From Felis catus (taxonomy: Eukaryota): DNA of 64,000 nt. The translations under genes were made by a program, and so were the position numbers. Below, in pieces: positions 1 through 12,358 of the stretch; position 1 is the stretch's first letter; each line of letters starts with the position of its first letter. A model generated the notes under the pieces. It was not told the DNA's origin. It did no database searches and saw nothing but the letters and a program-made list of their open reading frames with translations. The DNA lies in the NCBI RefSeq assembly GCF_018350175.1, contig NC_058368.1, positions 219,110,001 to 219,174,000 of the forward strand. Direction: 5' to 3'.

Positions 1-190
1 ACATTTGGGTTCTTTCCATAATTTGGCTATTGTTGATAATGCTACTATAAACACTGGGGTGCATGTATCCTTTCAAATCTGCATTTTTGTATCCTTTGGA
101 TAAATATCTAACAGCACAATTGCTGAGCCATAGGGTAGTTCTAGTTTTAAATTTTTGAGGAAATTCCATACTGTTTTGCAGAGTTGCTTC
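1..190 (-). mobile_element. L1 fragment (ORF2 end / 3' region)
   Basis: Antisense L1 motifs such as ttccataatttggctattgttgataatgct and ggtagttctagttttaaatttttgaggaaattccatactgtttt. Confidence 0.85.
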
Positions 191-220
191 AAAACCAATT
201 TACAATTGCACTAGACTCTT

Positions 221-345
221 GGGGCTCCTGGGTGCCTCAGTTTGTTGAGCATCTGACTTCGGCTCAGGTCATGATCTCATGGTTCAATCCCTGCATTGGG
301 CTTGCTGCTGTCAGCAGAGAGTCCACTCTCTGCCCCTTCCCGCTG

Positions 346-386
<41 letters not shown>

Positions 387-418
387 ATCTCTCAAAATTA
401 AAAAAAAAATTAAAAAAA
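221..418 (+). mobile_element. CAN-SINE (SINEC) with internal deletion
   Basis: ggggctcctgggtg head, (CT)n, A tail; imperfect TSD acaattgcactagactct / acatttgcactaaattct. Confidence 0.9.
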
Positions 419-475
419 CATTTGCACTAAATTCTCTTTCTTTTAAATATTAAGTGTACATAGTGTTTACCTAGA

Positions 476-478
<3 letters not shown>

Positions 479-522
<44 letters not shown>

Positions 523-592
523 TTTTTGGAGCATTTGTAATGTTCACTACTTCAATAAGGTGATTATTATTATTATTATTATTATTATTATT
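479..592. repeat. (TA)n and (TTA)n microsatellites
   Basis: Direct reading; the (TTA)n tract abuts an antisense L1 3' end and is probably its tail. Confidence 0.95.
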
Positions 593-896
593 TTGCATCT
601 TGGTAAGTGTACGCTTTAATCCCCATCACCTGTTTCATCCATCCCCCCATGCACCTCCCCTCCAGTAACCATCAGTTTGGTCTCTATAGTTGAGTATATT
701 TCTTGATTTCTCTTTCTCTCTCTCTTTTTTCTTTGCTCCTTGTTTTATTTCTTCAATTCCACATATAAGTGAAGTCATGTAGTATTTATCTCTCGCTGCC
801 TGACTTATTTTGCTTATTTCCTTAGCATTATACTCCCTAGCTCTATGTTGTTGCAAATGGCAAGATTTCATTCTTTTTATAGATGAGTAATATTAC

Positions 897-931
<35 letters not shown>

Positions 932-1012
932 CACATATGTTTCATATATATATATATAAATTCCATATAATTCCATATATATAAATTCCATATAATTCCA
1001 TATATATATATG

Positions 1013-1065
<53 letters not shown>

Positions 1066-1180
1066 CTCGTGAGCTGCTTCCATAGTTTGGCTATTGTAAA
1101 TAATGCTGCAATAAACAGAGGGGTTGTATCTATCCCTTTGAATCAGTGTTTTGTATTTTTTGGGTAAATACCAATTAGGG
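593..1180 (-). mobile_element. Carnivore L1 3' end, interrupted by a TA-rich tract at 899-1062
   Basis: taatccccatcacctgtttc...gtaaccatcagtttg...gttgttgcaaatggcaagatttcattc...ttccatagtttggctattg. Confidence 0.85.
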
Positions 1181-4100
1181 TGACTGTTTAGACGTGAACA
1201 ATTAGAAGAGCCATCCAGCAATGACTCAACATATGGGAAAAGCCCAAACAAAGCACAAGTTTGGTTCAAAGAATTAAGGGGCAGGGTGTCAGAGGAAGAA
1301 TTCTGAGATGCTCAATACTGAGTATTCAGATTGCCTTGTCCTGTGGTACAAAGTTATTAGACTAAGGATGTGCAAAAGTGCTTGTACAAAGATCTAAAAT
1401 AAAGTGTGAATAAAAATTAAAATGAGCTCTTTGAATAAAATACTTTTAGGGCATTGAAATCAAACACAAAAAATATCTGTATCATCAGTAAAAGCTGCAA
1501 CTGTTTTGGAAGCAGGACCCTCTAGAGTGAGGTGGAATTTTGGAAAGAATAGAGAGGAATGGTTTCATTCTATAGCAAACATCATGTAACACTATCGCAA
1601 TGGGAGCAGCAATGGATAGTGAGACGATGGAGTAATATGTTGGAGACAAAACCAGAGACAAATGAAAGTTAATCTTTCTTCAAGCTAGAGCATGTTACAC
1701 TGTTCTTTTAAAAAATTATTTGTGACTTTAATTTCTATTCAATATTTGTTAGAGATTGACTAGTCCTACATTCAAAATAATCTAAATGCATAGTATATTT
1801 TTATATATTTTTCCAGCGTGAGTAGATTTTAATGTCTATATTGGAAACCACAATAAAATCATTACTTACAACATTACTTTTTACTTTTACTCTTTCAAAA
1901 AAAGTATGCTAGTCAAATGTCAAATATAAAGTGAACTTAATTATGTAGTTTATAAAATTAAGAGTAAATTATGTATGTAAGGTATAACTGAGTAGTACTT
2001 TCACTAATTAGATTAGTTGCAGGAGAACTTCAGGTGGTATGCATATGTGCATGTGTGTATGTTTCCTATTCTAGCTCCATTTCATAATTATTATGCATTC
2101 ATTATTAATCATTTTATAATGATGTAACAGCTTTTAACTAAGACAGGGGCTTTTTAATTTCTCTTTTGAAAATATGATATTATAAGAGACATCTCTGCAT
2201 TTTCAATAGAGATCTCTGATTTTATCTTTTATCTCTGTTGATTTTATCTTTTCTAAGAAAATTTATACATAGATGTTACAACAGTGAGTTGAAAAAGTAG
2301 GTCATTTAATCTCCCTTTTTATGCCACATATTTATTCTTAACTGTAAGAAAATATATTCTAAAATTCTAAAAGCAGTAACAGGCTCAGACACATAAAAGT
2401 TCCCCCAATATTTAAAAATATTTCAATACTATCTATATGCATGTATATGTAAATATTCAACAATAATGATATTACAGAGACCATAGTAGTCGTAACTGAA
2501 AATGGTAAGAGCACAGTGAGAATTCCGAAAGCAAATGTAGTTAATTTCTGGAAATGATGTCTGTCCATCCATCCATCCATTGGCTACCTCAGAATATTTT
2601 AAGAAACATAAGAATACACATAAGGATACACAACACACAATACCACACTCATTCTGTAAGTCATAAAAGTAATTATCCCATCATGAGTCATGTCTTTGAG
2701 ATAATTCCACTCTACAATTATAAGGGAACAAACATGAAGGCAAAAATACTGTTTTAGTGCTATTATGGAAAGACATTTGACCTCGGTTCTCTCTGAAAGG
2801 ATTCTTAATCAGCCTTTAAGAACTGCTGTTTATGGAACGATTCCCAATTCCAGAACATTTATATTTATTTTACTTCCTAGGAAAATTTTCCCTTTGCAAA
2901 CCTCTTTTTTTTCCTTCTGTGCATCTATATGAATTGACTGTAAGTAAGGAAAAAGATAAATATGTTGAGCACTCTCATACCACGGAAGTCTGCAAGCATA
3001 TTTTCTAATGTAGCTGCAAAATTATTGGGTCTCTTGTTTAATATTTTTCAGATAATTAATAAAACTACACTTGGAATGTTTCTAGTGTAAATATGTTCTT
3101 CAGTATTTTTAATTCAGCATTCAAATTACTTTAAATATTTTCTGGGTTTTCTTTCTGAAATGGAAGTGTAAATGTGTGTTCCAGTCATTGTAGAAAAATG
3201 AAAAAAAAAACAAAGAATATAAAGAAGAATATTTAAATCATCTGAAGTCTCAGCATATGCAATGAATGAATCATACTGTTTCATGAATTCCCTTAACATC
3301 ACAATAACATTATGTTACTTATTGTTTATTTAATGTACAAAAATAATATCCATTCTAAAGTACTGTTATATTCTAGTCCTGTTAGTGTCTAGGTCTATGT
3401 ATGCATGGATGTTTGAGTATGTGTGTATCCTCTTAAATTTGTATTTAACAAAATGCTCTAAAACTAGAATTTCTACTATTTGCATTGATTTAATAGACAT
3501 AGTTTTTGTTTCAGTACAACATTGTTTTATTTTTTATAAAGAATCTACTTAAGTCTATGGTAGAACAACTAGTCTACATTTCTTAAAAATATATTTGGTT
3601 TGCTATTTATTTGTGCTTGTATTGAAAGTTAAGAATAACTTTGTGTAATTTAAAAATACATAAGATTTATTGTAATAGAGTAGATTTGAATGATAATTTG
3701 ATTCAGAATCATTTTTAGACAAGTATCCAATTATATTGTGCTTTTTTAAAAATCAGTATTGCACATTTGTAGGTGAATGAACTTCTGGGAAAGGCCTATT
3801 ATTTGGGGTTTTTTGGTGTGTGGAATATTCATTCCGTTCCAGTTTCTACCTACTTCTAAACACATTTAATTTCTGTTTTATTTCTGGCAATCTATGTGAT
3901 AGCTATTGACTTCTATAATTTTATATTGTAACAGACTTGTGCACCAAGCTCTTATAATATTGTATATATTCTAATGATATATTAGCTACTTGCATTGTTT
4001 CCAAGAAGACACACATATCCTCTCTTATTTAAAATAATTTACCAATATCCATTTTATTCATTATTTTTCTACTTCTGGGACATCATTAAATAATTTGTGG

Positions 4101-5386
4101 ACGTTATCTTCTTTTTTTCAATTTTCAATAGACTTCAGCTAGTGATTTACCATTAAGTTATGTTACTGTGTAATAGATTAATAGCCATGTTCAGAATTCT
4201 CTTTATCTCAAATTATGGTATTTTCTTTCTTCTAAAATAATCCATCCCGTTATGTTGAAATTACTTTTCAGAAATTCCTTAATGATATATGTATCATGTG
4301 ATTAATTTTTGGATAAAGTGGGATCAGTTATAGCATTCTACTTCCCAATGGACAGAATGTAGGCCTGAAGTTGGCTTCGATTTAGCTTCTAATATTAGAG
4401 TGAGATTCTTTATTAAATTAGATGTTCTGGGAAGGTTTAGATGCAGCCAATTAAGTTTGCACTTTTTAACCCATATTGTTATGGTCCAAACATGCACTAC
4501 AAAGATGGGGGAATCATTACAACTGTGTCCTCACTTTCTAATTCTCTGAATTGGTAAAATGCATGAGAAAATGCAATCCTTTGATACACTGCTTGTAGGA
4601 ATCTTCCTCTTTGTGCCACAGCCTCTTAGTTTAATTAAGAATTCTATAAATCTACTGTCCCCTACTTCTGCTTTGCACAAGTATTTTCCATGGAAAGTAC
4701 TATTTCTAAATAGGTTAACTTAAAATAATTTTGGTCACTACTTACCGTTTACTACGATTCAGTATTTTTTCAAGGAAGAAAGCTTCTGAGTGATTGAAAA
4801 TTAGTTTATCAACTAGTATTGCAAAAAGATGGTCACTCACATCTTTGGTTACAATCATCTTGATTTTATGGATCAGGGAACTCAATGTGAGGTGTAAATT
4901 ATAACTTTTTCTCTTGTTTCAGTTCAATTCCATGTGTTGAAATTTGTATGCCTTAAAATGAAACATGGATAATTTAATTTTTTCCTCTATTCAACTCTAT
5001 AGTAGATTGTTAACAAAAATGACTAATTATTCCACTTTCGTGATCATGTTCCCTTGCAATTTGATTTTGAAATGCTTTACATCAAGAAAAGGAGTCTCTT
5101 CCACTTTTTGAATCCAAGTTGGCCTCATGATTTATTTATAGCTAATATAATATAAAGTGGCAGGTTTCCAGTTCCAAGCCATAGCTCAAATACCTGAATG
5201 TTTCAACTCTCCCGGTTGAGTCCCTTCCATTACTCTGGGATAATGCTGGAGGAAAGCTCCATTTTCCAAAAATGTCCATTGAAGATCAGCAGTCAACAGA
5301 GCTGCCTGCAGGCAACTACAGACATGCGAGAGAGCAGAGGTAAAACCAGAAAAAGCCACTGAACTTACTATAATAAAGAAAGATAA

Positions 5387-6074
5387 TGAAGTCTTACTCC
5401 TTCACTATCTGACTCCATTTTTTATATGTATATATATTTAACTGCTGATAACTTTTATTTTAATTTTTTAATTTTTTTTAATGTTTATTTATTTTTGAAG
5501 GAAAGAGAGACAGAGCATGAGTAGGGGAGGGGCAGAGAGAGAGGGAGACACAGAATCCGAAACGGGCTCCAGGCTCTGAGATGTCGGCAAAGATCCCAAC
5601 ATGGGGCTCGAATTAACAAACCATGAGATCATGATCTGAGCTGGAGTCAGTTGCTTAATTGACTTAGCCACCCAGGTGCCCCAACTGCTGATAACTTTTA
5701 AACCACAACTCTGTCTCTTTCCCTTTTGCCTAAAATCTGGGAAAGCTGATAAGAATATCTGTGCACCCCCTCCAGTGGGACTGCCAGGATTTGAAACCAT
5801 ATAAGCCTCTGACTGCACACAAGAAACACACCCTTGACCCATTCCCTAACCACCATAAAAACCTCAAGCCAGCCTCCTTTCCATGCCTTCTTGAACCATT
5901 TGTAAACCAGCATGGAAGGCTTCCTTACCCTGCTCCTACCAGAAAAATTCATTTGATAAGTAATAAATTTTATACCCTCTTTTTTCTATGTGCGGTATCA
6001 TCTGTCTTAACATCTGAAATAATTTTAGGGTGGGAGGGGCTGGTCTATTCTATTTCTGGAGAGTGTCTAAAACA
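5387..6074 (+). mobile_element. Solo ERV1 LTR (MER31-like)
   Basis: TG...CA ends, gactccatttt, cataaaaa TATA-like site, aataaa, MER31-like 3' end (acatctgaaataattttagggtgggagggg...aaca). Confidence 0.6.
5458..5682 (-). mobile_element. SINEC_Fc-type SINE
   Basis: Full antisense SINE; perfect TSD aactgctgataactttta at 5440 and 5683. Confidence 0.95.
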
Positions 6075-6347
6075 GCTATGGACTTAGGAGTGATATAGTA
6101 AATATTGTTTTAAGCCATTGAAGTTTACACTTGTCATTGCAATTTATATGTAAGCAAGATTCTGTTTAGAAACATATAGGATGTTTTTGTTTATGTTTCA
6201 GGATTGTGGTATATTTCTGTATATGAGTATGGATTATCTTTTTCAGTACCTTATAAACATTTTAAAATGACAGTGAGGAACATTATGTGACTGGGTATCA
6301 GCCAGATGTCACTCTTAATGAAAAACCTAAAATGGAAAATTGAGCTC

Positions 6348-6950
6348 TGTTAGTTATCTATTGCTGTAATAGATATTTCCACAAAATCAGCAGCTTAAAA
6401 CAATACACATTCATTATCTCAAAGTTTTGTTGTAAAGCAGGAGTCAGGAATTGTTTTATCTAGGTCCTTGGCTTAGAATCTCACAAGGCTTCACTCAACA
6501 CGTAGGATGGGGCTGATGTCTGATCTGAGGCTTGACTGGGAAGGGATCCACTTTCAAGATCAGTCAGTTTATTAGCAGAATTCAGTTCTTTGCAACTGTA
6601 GGATTAAGGACTTCATTATCTTGCTGTCTGCCAGCCAAATTCTTTTCTCAGTGACTAGAGCCTCTCACAGTTACTTGCCAAGTGAAATTCTCAAAATAGC
6701 TACTTCTTTGTTCAAAATCAGCAAAGGAGAGAAAGAGATACTCCATCAAGATGGATGCTTCTATTTTATGTAATGCCATCACTTAATAACATATACATAA
6801 TCACATATCTCCTGTCACTTTCATAATTTTCTGTTGATTAGAAGCAAGTCACGTGTCCTACCCACATTCAAGGGATCGCATAAAATCACATAAGGGCAAG
6901 AATGCCAGGAAGTAGGGATCATAAAGGTCACCTTGAGAGTCTGGTTGCAT
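6348..6950 (-). mobile_element. MaLR LTR (MLT1-type)
   Basis: tgttagttatctattgctg...cagcttaaaacaatacacattcattatctc...ttagaagcaagtcac...cccacattcaaggg. Confidence 0.75.
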
Positions 6951-7296
6951 GACCATTTTTAGCCATAAAAATTATTTAACAATTTTCAATTTTTGTGTCT
7001 TTGGCTGAACGATAGTGCTACCAATGACGTCTACTTGATAGCTTACCATGAGGACATCTTAGCTTTGTTTTCAAGCAAAGTCAATACCCAATAAAATGGG
7101 TATACACAATAAAATGTTTATTATTCTTCTTGCATCACTCTTTTGGCATTTAACTCCATTTTAGCCATTATATCGTAGACTCATATATGAAGCACACAGA
7201 TAAGGTCATGGTCTGTGTTTAGGTATACATGTTATTAAACAGTGTTGAAGTGATACTGAATTTCCTCATGTAACCTAAAATTATTTAACAAATAAC

Positions 7297-7565
7297 TCAG
7301 AAAACAGACTCTTAACTGTAGAGAGCAAACTGATGGTTACTGAAGGAAAGGTGGGCAGGGGAATGGGTTAAATGAGTGAGGGGGATTATAAGGAGGGCAC
7401 TTGAGATGAGCACTGGGTGTTGTATGTAAGTGATAAATCACTAGACTCTACATCTGAAACTAATGTTACACTATATGTTAACTGGTATTTAAATAAAAAC
7501 TTGAAAAAAATCAAAAAATTAAAAATAAAACACATTCCACATTTATAAAAAATAAAAACAAAAAA
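7297..7565 (+). mobile_element. Carnivore L1 3' end with A-rich tail
   Basis: agactcttaactgtagagagcaaactgatggttac...gagcactgggtgttgtatgtaagtg...tatatgttaac. Confidence 0.9.
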
Positions 7566-8356
7566 TGACAGTGAATAAAGAAGCTTTATAAGTATTCAAA
7601 TTCATCAGTAGAAAGCAAAATGAATTGGTTTTTAGGAAGTCATTTACATTTACACTAATTTTGGGTGAAATGCCTATTTAAGCATTTTCACAGTTTCCTT
7701 TGAAGAAAATTACATTAGCTTAAACTCTTTTATTAAATAAGACTGTCTAGTCTGAAAGCTAGTCATTAATATTATATAATTTATGTTTATCAAGTACCCA
7801 GTTTTTATTTACTTTCCTTGATACAAGCTGTTTCTAACTTTATTTAATGTATTTATTTTTTATGACTTCTAATTTAAATAAAATGGGAACTTTTTTTAAT
7901 GCTAACAGTGCTCTATATACTAGGAAAGTTCCGATATAGTATAGTACACCTATAATATAAATTTTAATCTTGTTAAATCAATATTGAGAGTGGCTCAAAT
8001 GAGATGATTGAAACATTTAGTGTATGATCCAAAAATGCAGAACATAGAATTTCTGTGTTTAAGTATTGTGAAAAACTTCATAAATTTATGGTTAAGGGGA
8101 CAAACAAAGTGAGTCAGATGTTAAGGAATACTAAGACAAAATTAGAAAATAGTCAAAGACTACAAAAAACAGAACATTATGACTGAGTAAAAGCATGTTT
8201 TTAGAAAATAACTGAAGAGAATCTGAACATAAAATAAAAAACTAGAACTAGAAATTTCAGATAAAGAAATGTGAAAAATAATACATCTATTTCTTTGCTT
8301 TGAGTTTGATTAAGCATCCCTTGCCACACCTTCCTTTTCTACTTTTTATGTTAAGC

Positions 8357-8908
8357 AATGTTTACTTTTATATATCAATTTAGCTAAGCTATAGTACCCA
8401 GTGATTAAAGCAAACACTATGTGTTGCAGGGGAGGTATTTTGTAGATGAGGTTGACATCTCTCATCATTTGACTTTAAGGAGATTATCTTCAATAATGTG
8501 AGTAGACCTCGTCCAATCAGATGAAGGGCTTGAGAACAAAAACAGAGGTTTCCTGAAGAATTACTGACTCAAAACTAGTGTGAGTTCCTACCAGGGTTTT
8601 AGTCTGCCAGCTTACCAAGTTTTGGACTCAAGACTCCAAATTAACTCCTGCCTGAGTTTTGAGATTGTTGGCATAATTTATGGGTTTTGTACTTTCCAGC
8701 CCCAACAATCATGAACCAATTCCTTAAAGTAAATCTCTTATTACATATGCATACAAATACATACATACATTGTGTGTGTGTGTGTGCGCGTGCGTGTGTG
8801 CGTGTGTATAGATCTGTCTATCTAGGCTGGGGGAGGGGGGAGAGAGAGACATCTAGATCTAGATGTAGATTTATCATATTGATTCTCTGAAGAATCCTTC
8901 CTGATACA
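8357..8908 (+). mobile_element. ERVL LTR (MLT2-type) containing a (TG)n tract
   Basis: ctaagctatagtacccag...gtattttgtagatg...tccaatcagatgaagggcttgagaacaaaaacagaggtttcc...ccaattccttaaagtaaatctc. Confidence 0.8.
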
Positions 8909-10479
8909 TGCATCGGTCCTAAACCAACTACTCACTTTTTTTACAAAAGTCCTGACCTACTCAAACTTCAAAACCTTTTTCTTTCCACCAGTTGTTATTT
9001 ACTATTCATATTCTTTTGTTTTAATGTCCCATCCCATTTGTATATTTATTTATTTTCAGTTTGTTCATAATAATGACTAACCCACTACAATTTGATGCTT
9101 TTGGGGAAATCTAGATTTTGTAGCACTAATTTTGGGGCTAGGTTTCGTGGGAGAATCTTAATGACAAAACTTCTCAACTCTTTGCTCATTCATCAAATTA
9201 GAGGAATATTCTGCACCCAGTCTAGTTTCTTTTGCCCTACCTCTTATATATTTGATGTCAACCTATATGCATCCTCATAACATTTCTCACAACCTGTAAT
9301 TTTGAGAAAGTAAAGTTTCATTTTTTACTCCACAAACCAGGCAGTCATTGTCATTGGTTCAAGATTCTTGTCCACCTTATTTATCATTATATGCCTTGTC
9401 CCATGAAGGGTTTTGACATAAAATTGATCAAAATATATTTATTTAAAGAGCAGCAACAATGTGTTTCATGGGTAAAGAGATGTGATTTTTTTCTTTCCTC
9501 TTCAGCAGAGACTTCCTCAGTTAAAAACAGTCTTGGGCTGAAATTTTACATTTCCTGGGTGATTGAAAAAAAGTAAGAAGCAGCAAATGTATAAACAAGG
9601 TAGTCTGGATTACCCTAGCCAAGTTTCAGGATAGAGGTGTAGTTTTCTCGCATTATCCTTAATTGATATGGTACCGATTCTTGGTGATCTTCCCCACAGC
9701 AAAAAGAAAAGCTCAAGTGGGCCAGGAAAGCAAACAGGAGGTGTTTACCCAGTGCTGGTTAGTGGTATGCAGGTAAGGCTTCAGCTCCATTAGTCTCTCT
9801 GAGGCTGATTGGATCTTGGTCAGCAGGCTATATTCCTCTCTATTCTTTGTCCCTTTGATCACTGTGAAACGCTATTGTTTGAGTTCCTCACCATATCTAA
9901 TACCATGGCCCATCTCTTTCTCTTCAAAGCTCTCAGTCCATCAATCTATCTGCTCGTCTCTGCTAGGACTGCAGGAATAGCTGAAAACATTACATTATTT
10001 TCCCTTAAAAAGAGTATATGCTATATTTTTAATTTATGTGGCATTTTAGTTTTGATTTTCAAGAGTCTATTTAGATAGTCAAATTTTCAGTACTTACGCT
10101 TTTATCTCTGCATTCTCAGTAAGTCAATCATAATACATCTCGAGGCAGTGTGAGGAGAACAGCATTTATATGAATGTTCAAAAAGAATGGCATAAACATT
10201 TCAGGATACAACTCTATTACAAATGGATGAATAAATAAATGGAAGGATGGGTGGATGGATAACTAAAGATGGTAATGAAACGCAAGTGTTACACAGATAT
10301 AGCACATGTTCGAACTACAGTTTGATAATGAAAAAGCAATAGACAATGTGGAAAGCAAAATTTGATTGGTATTCTTTTTTATGTTAATAGCGTTAAAACA
10401 CTCTGACTGATGGATGTCTGTCAAGAGTTTTAGGGAAGTCATGTTTTTCATTGGTTTCTCTACCATTCTGCAATTTATT

Positions 10480-10620
10480 CAGATTTTAAGTTTATCCATC
10501 TATTTCTGTTTACGTTTTAAGAAAAATATTACATTTGATTATGTAACTTGCTGAAAGTTTTACAGAAAACAGGGGACAAATTTGGACTTAGAAATACAGG
10601 GTGTTTGACCCTATTCTGCT
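10480..10620 (-). mobile_element. MIR fragment
   Basis: Diverged antisense MIR core (tgtaacttgctgaaagttttacag...ggacttagaaatacagg). Confidence 0.4.
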
Positions 10621-11402
10621 ATGCTTTCCACTCGTTGCAGGCTGTCACGTTTAGATATGTCTGCAGTAAAGTTAACTAGTCTGAAACAGTGGAAGCCATC
10701 AATATTTTGGTTTTAAATCGAAGGCACAGAGATATGTTCTGAACACAATTTAAAATGGTTTTGTTTCAATTAATTTCATATCTTCTCTACTGATATTTTA
10801 GTAGACTAAAATGTATCGAAATAATTATATTTGTGTTGTTCACCTATTTTACTGGATTATTTTGCCAAAGACACTTGCAAATACCTTGATTTCTTATAGT
10901 TGCAATTAAACTGCTTTCATTAACAAATGTATCGAGGTATACGCTCTCCAGTTATAAAGTACATGATTGCGCAATTTATTATAACCGTTTGATACTTTTA
11001 TAACAGAGTTGGTGAATAATTAAACACTTTAATAATTATAGAATTTACCGTGGTTCTACTGCACAGTATAGCGGCCACTATTTTGAAATGGCACAGGTGT
11101 AATTTGCATAATTTACAGTCATATGATTCACTTCTAAGTATAATACGATGCACAGTACCAAGCTGATTAATTTTCCCTTGGTTTACTATCCAGAATGTGG
11201 TCAAAGTTTTAGTGAATTAATTTGATCACCATGATGTGTAATGGGCTGAAGTTACATTAATCTACTAAGTGATATCCCCATCAAAGCTTATGAAGAACTA
11301 ATTCATCTGAATGGGATCCAGCAAAGTTGATTATATTTTCAACACAAGGAAAGGATACTATCTATGCATTGTTTTGTAACCTAAAATTAAACTTTAGCCC
11401 CT

Positions 11403-11412
11403 ATATATATAC

Positions 11413-11460
<48 letters not shown>
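11403..11460. repeat. (TA)n(TG)n microsatellite
   Basis: Direct reading. Confidence 0.95.
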
Positions 11461-11461
<1 letters not shown>

Positions 11462-12006
11462 ATCTAAAAACACCATTAATTTATTTTTTGGATGAATGGG
11501 GTTGAAGGAATGTGGTGGGTAGCATTTGTTATAGGGACGACATAATTATATTAACCCAAGTGTAACAAATGTCTAAAATGTACTATTATTAATTTTAATG
11601 CATAATAAAATAGAAATTACAACTCCACAAAGAGAATTAAAACTGAAGATTGTAAAAGATCATTATAGATTCAATTTGGTAACCCTTTCATATTCATTAA
11701 TAATCCTTCAAGTGAGAAATCATAAGCAGTAGCAGTGTACCCTTAGCCATAAAAATCATTCAAATTTTCTACGATGGTTCTTAACATTCTTTAATATAAG
11801 TGCACACACACACATACACACACACACACACCACCCACATAATATATAACATGAATAACTTTTTATAAAATGTGTAGATTAAGTACAAAATTATTTCTGA
11901 TACCCTTAAAAGAACTGCTTCTTGTAAGATTATGCATTTGTTGTTTTTTTTTTTTTAAATTCAGTGATTACTTAAAAAATTCTTGAAACTTTTAAATAGA
12001 TAGCAG

Positions 12007-12358
12007 TGTTATGGACTGAATACTGTATCCACTCAAAATCCATATTTGAAACTTTAATTACCAGTGTGATGATGTTAGGAATGAGGAGCTTGGGAGGTGA
12101 TTAGATCGTGAAGGTGGGGTCCTCATGAATGAGATTAGTGCCTTATCAAGGAGACCACAGAGAGTCCTCTTGTCCTTTTGGCCTATGAGGACAGAGCAAG
12201 AAGAAAGTCATCTATGAACCAGGAAGTAAATCCTCACCAGAACAGGATCTGTAGGTGTCTCGATTTTGGACTTCCCAGCCTCCAGAACTTTAAGAAATAG
12301 TTTATTCTCTAAGTCACTCAGTCTATGGTAATTTGTTATAGGGACGTGAACAGAGACA
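12007..12358 (+). mobile_element. MaLR LTR (MLT1A-type), near full length
   Basis: tgttatggactgaat...gcttgggaggtgattagatc...ggacttcccagcctccagaac...ctcagtctatggtaatttgttatag. Confidence 0.9.

Larger units (their letters stand above)
5015..6130 (+). mobile_element. MaLR LTR (MLT1-type), split by an ERV1 LTR
   Basis: MLT1-like 5' part (cccttgcaatttgattttg...catcaag...ttgaatccaagttggcctcatga); 3' motif tgttttaagccattgaagttt resumes after 6074. Confidence 0.55.

Noticed and set aside
221..300. tRNA-like A/B boxes in SINE heads as tRNA genes
   Set aside because: CAN-SINE heads are tRNA-derived; none is a standalone tRNA.
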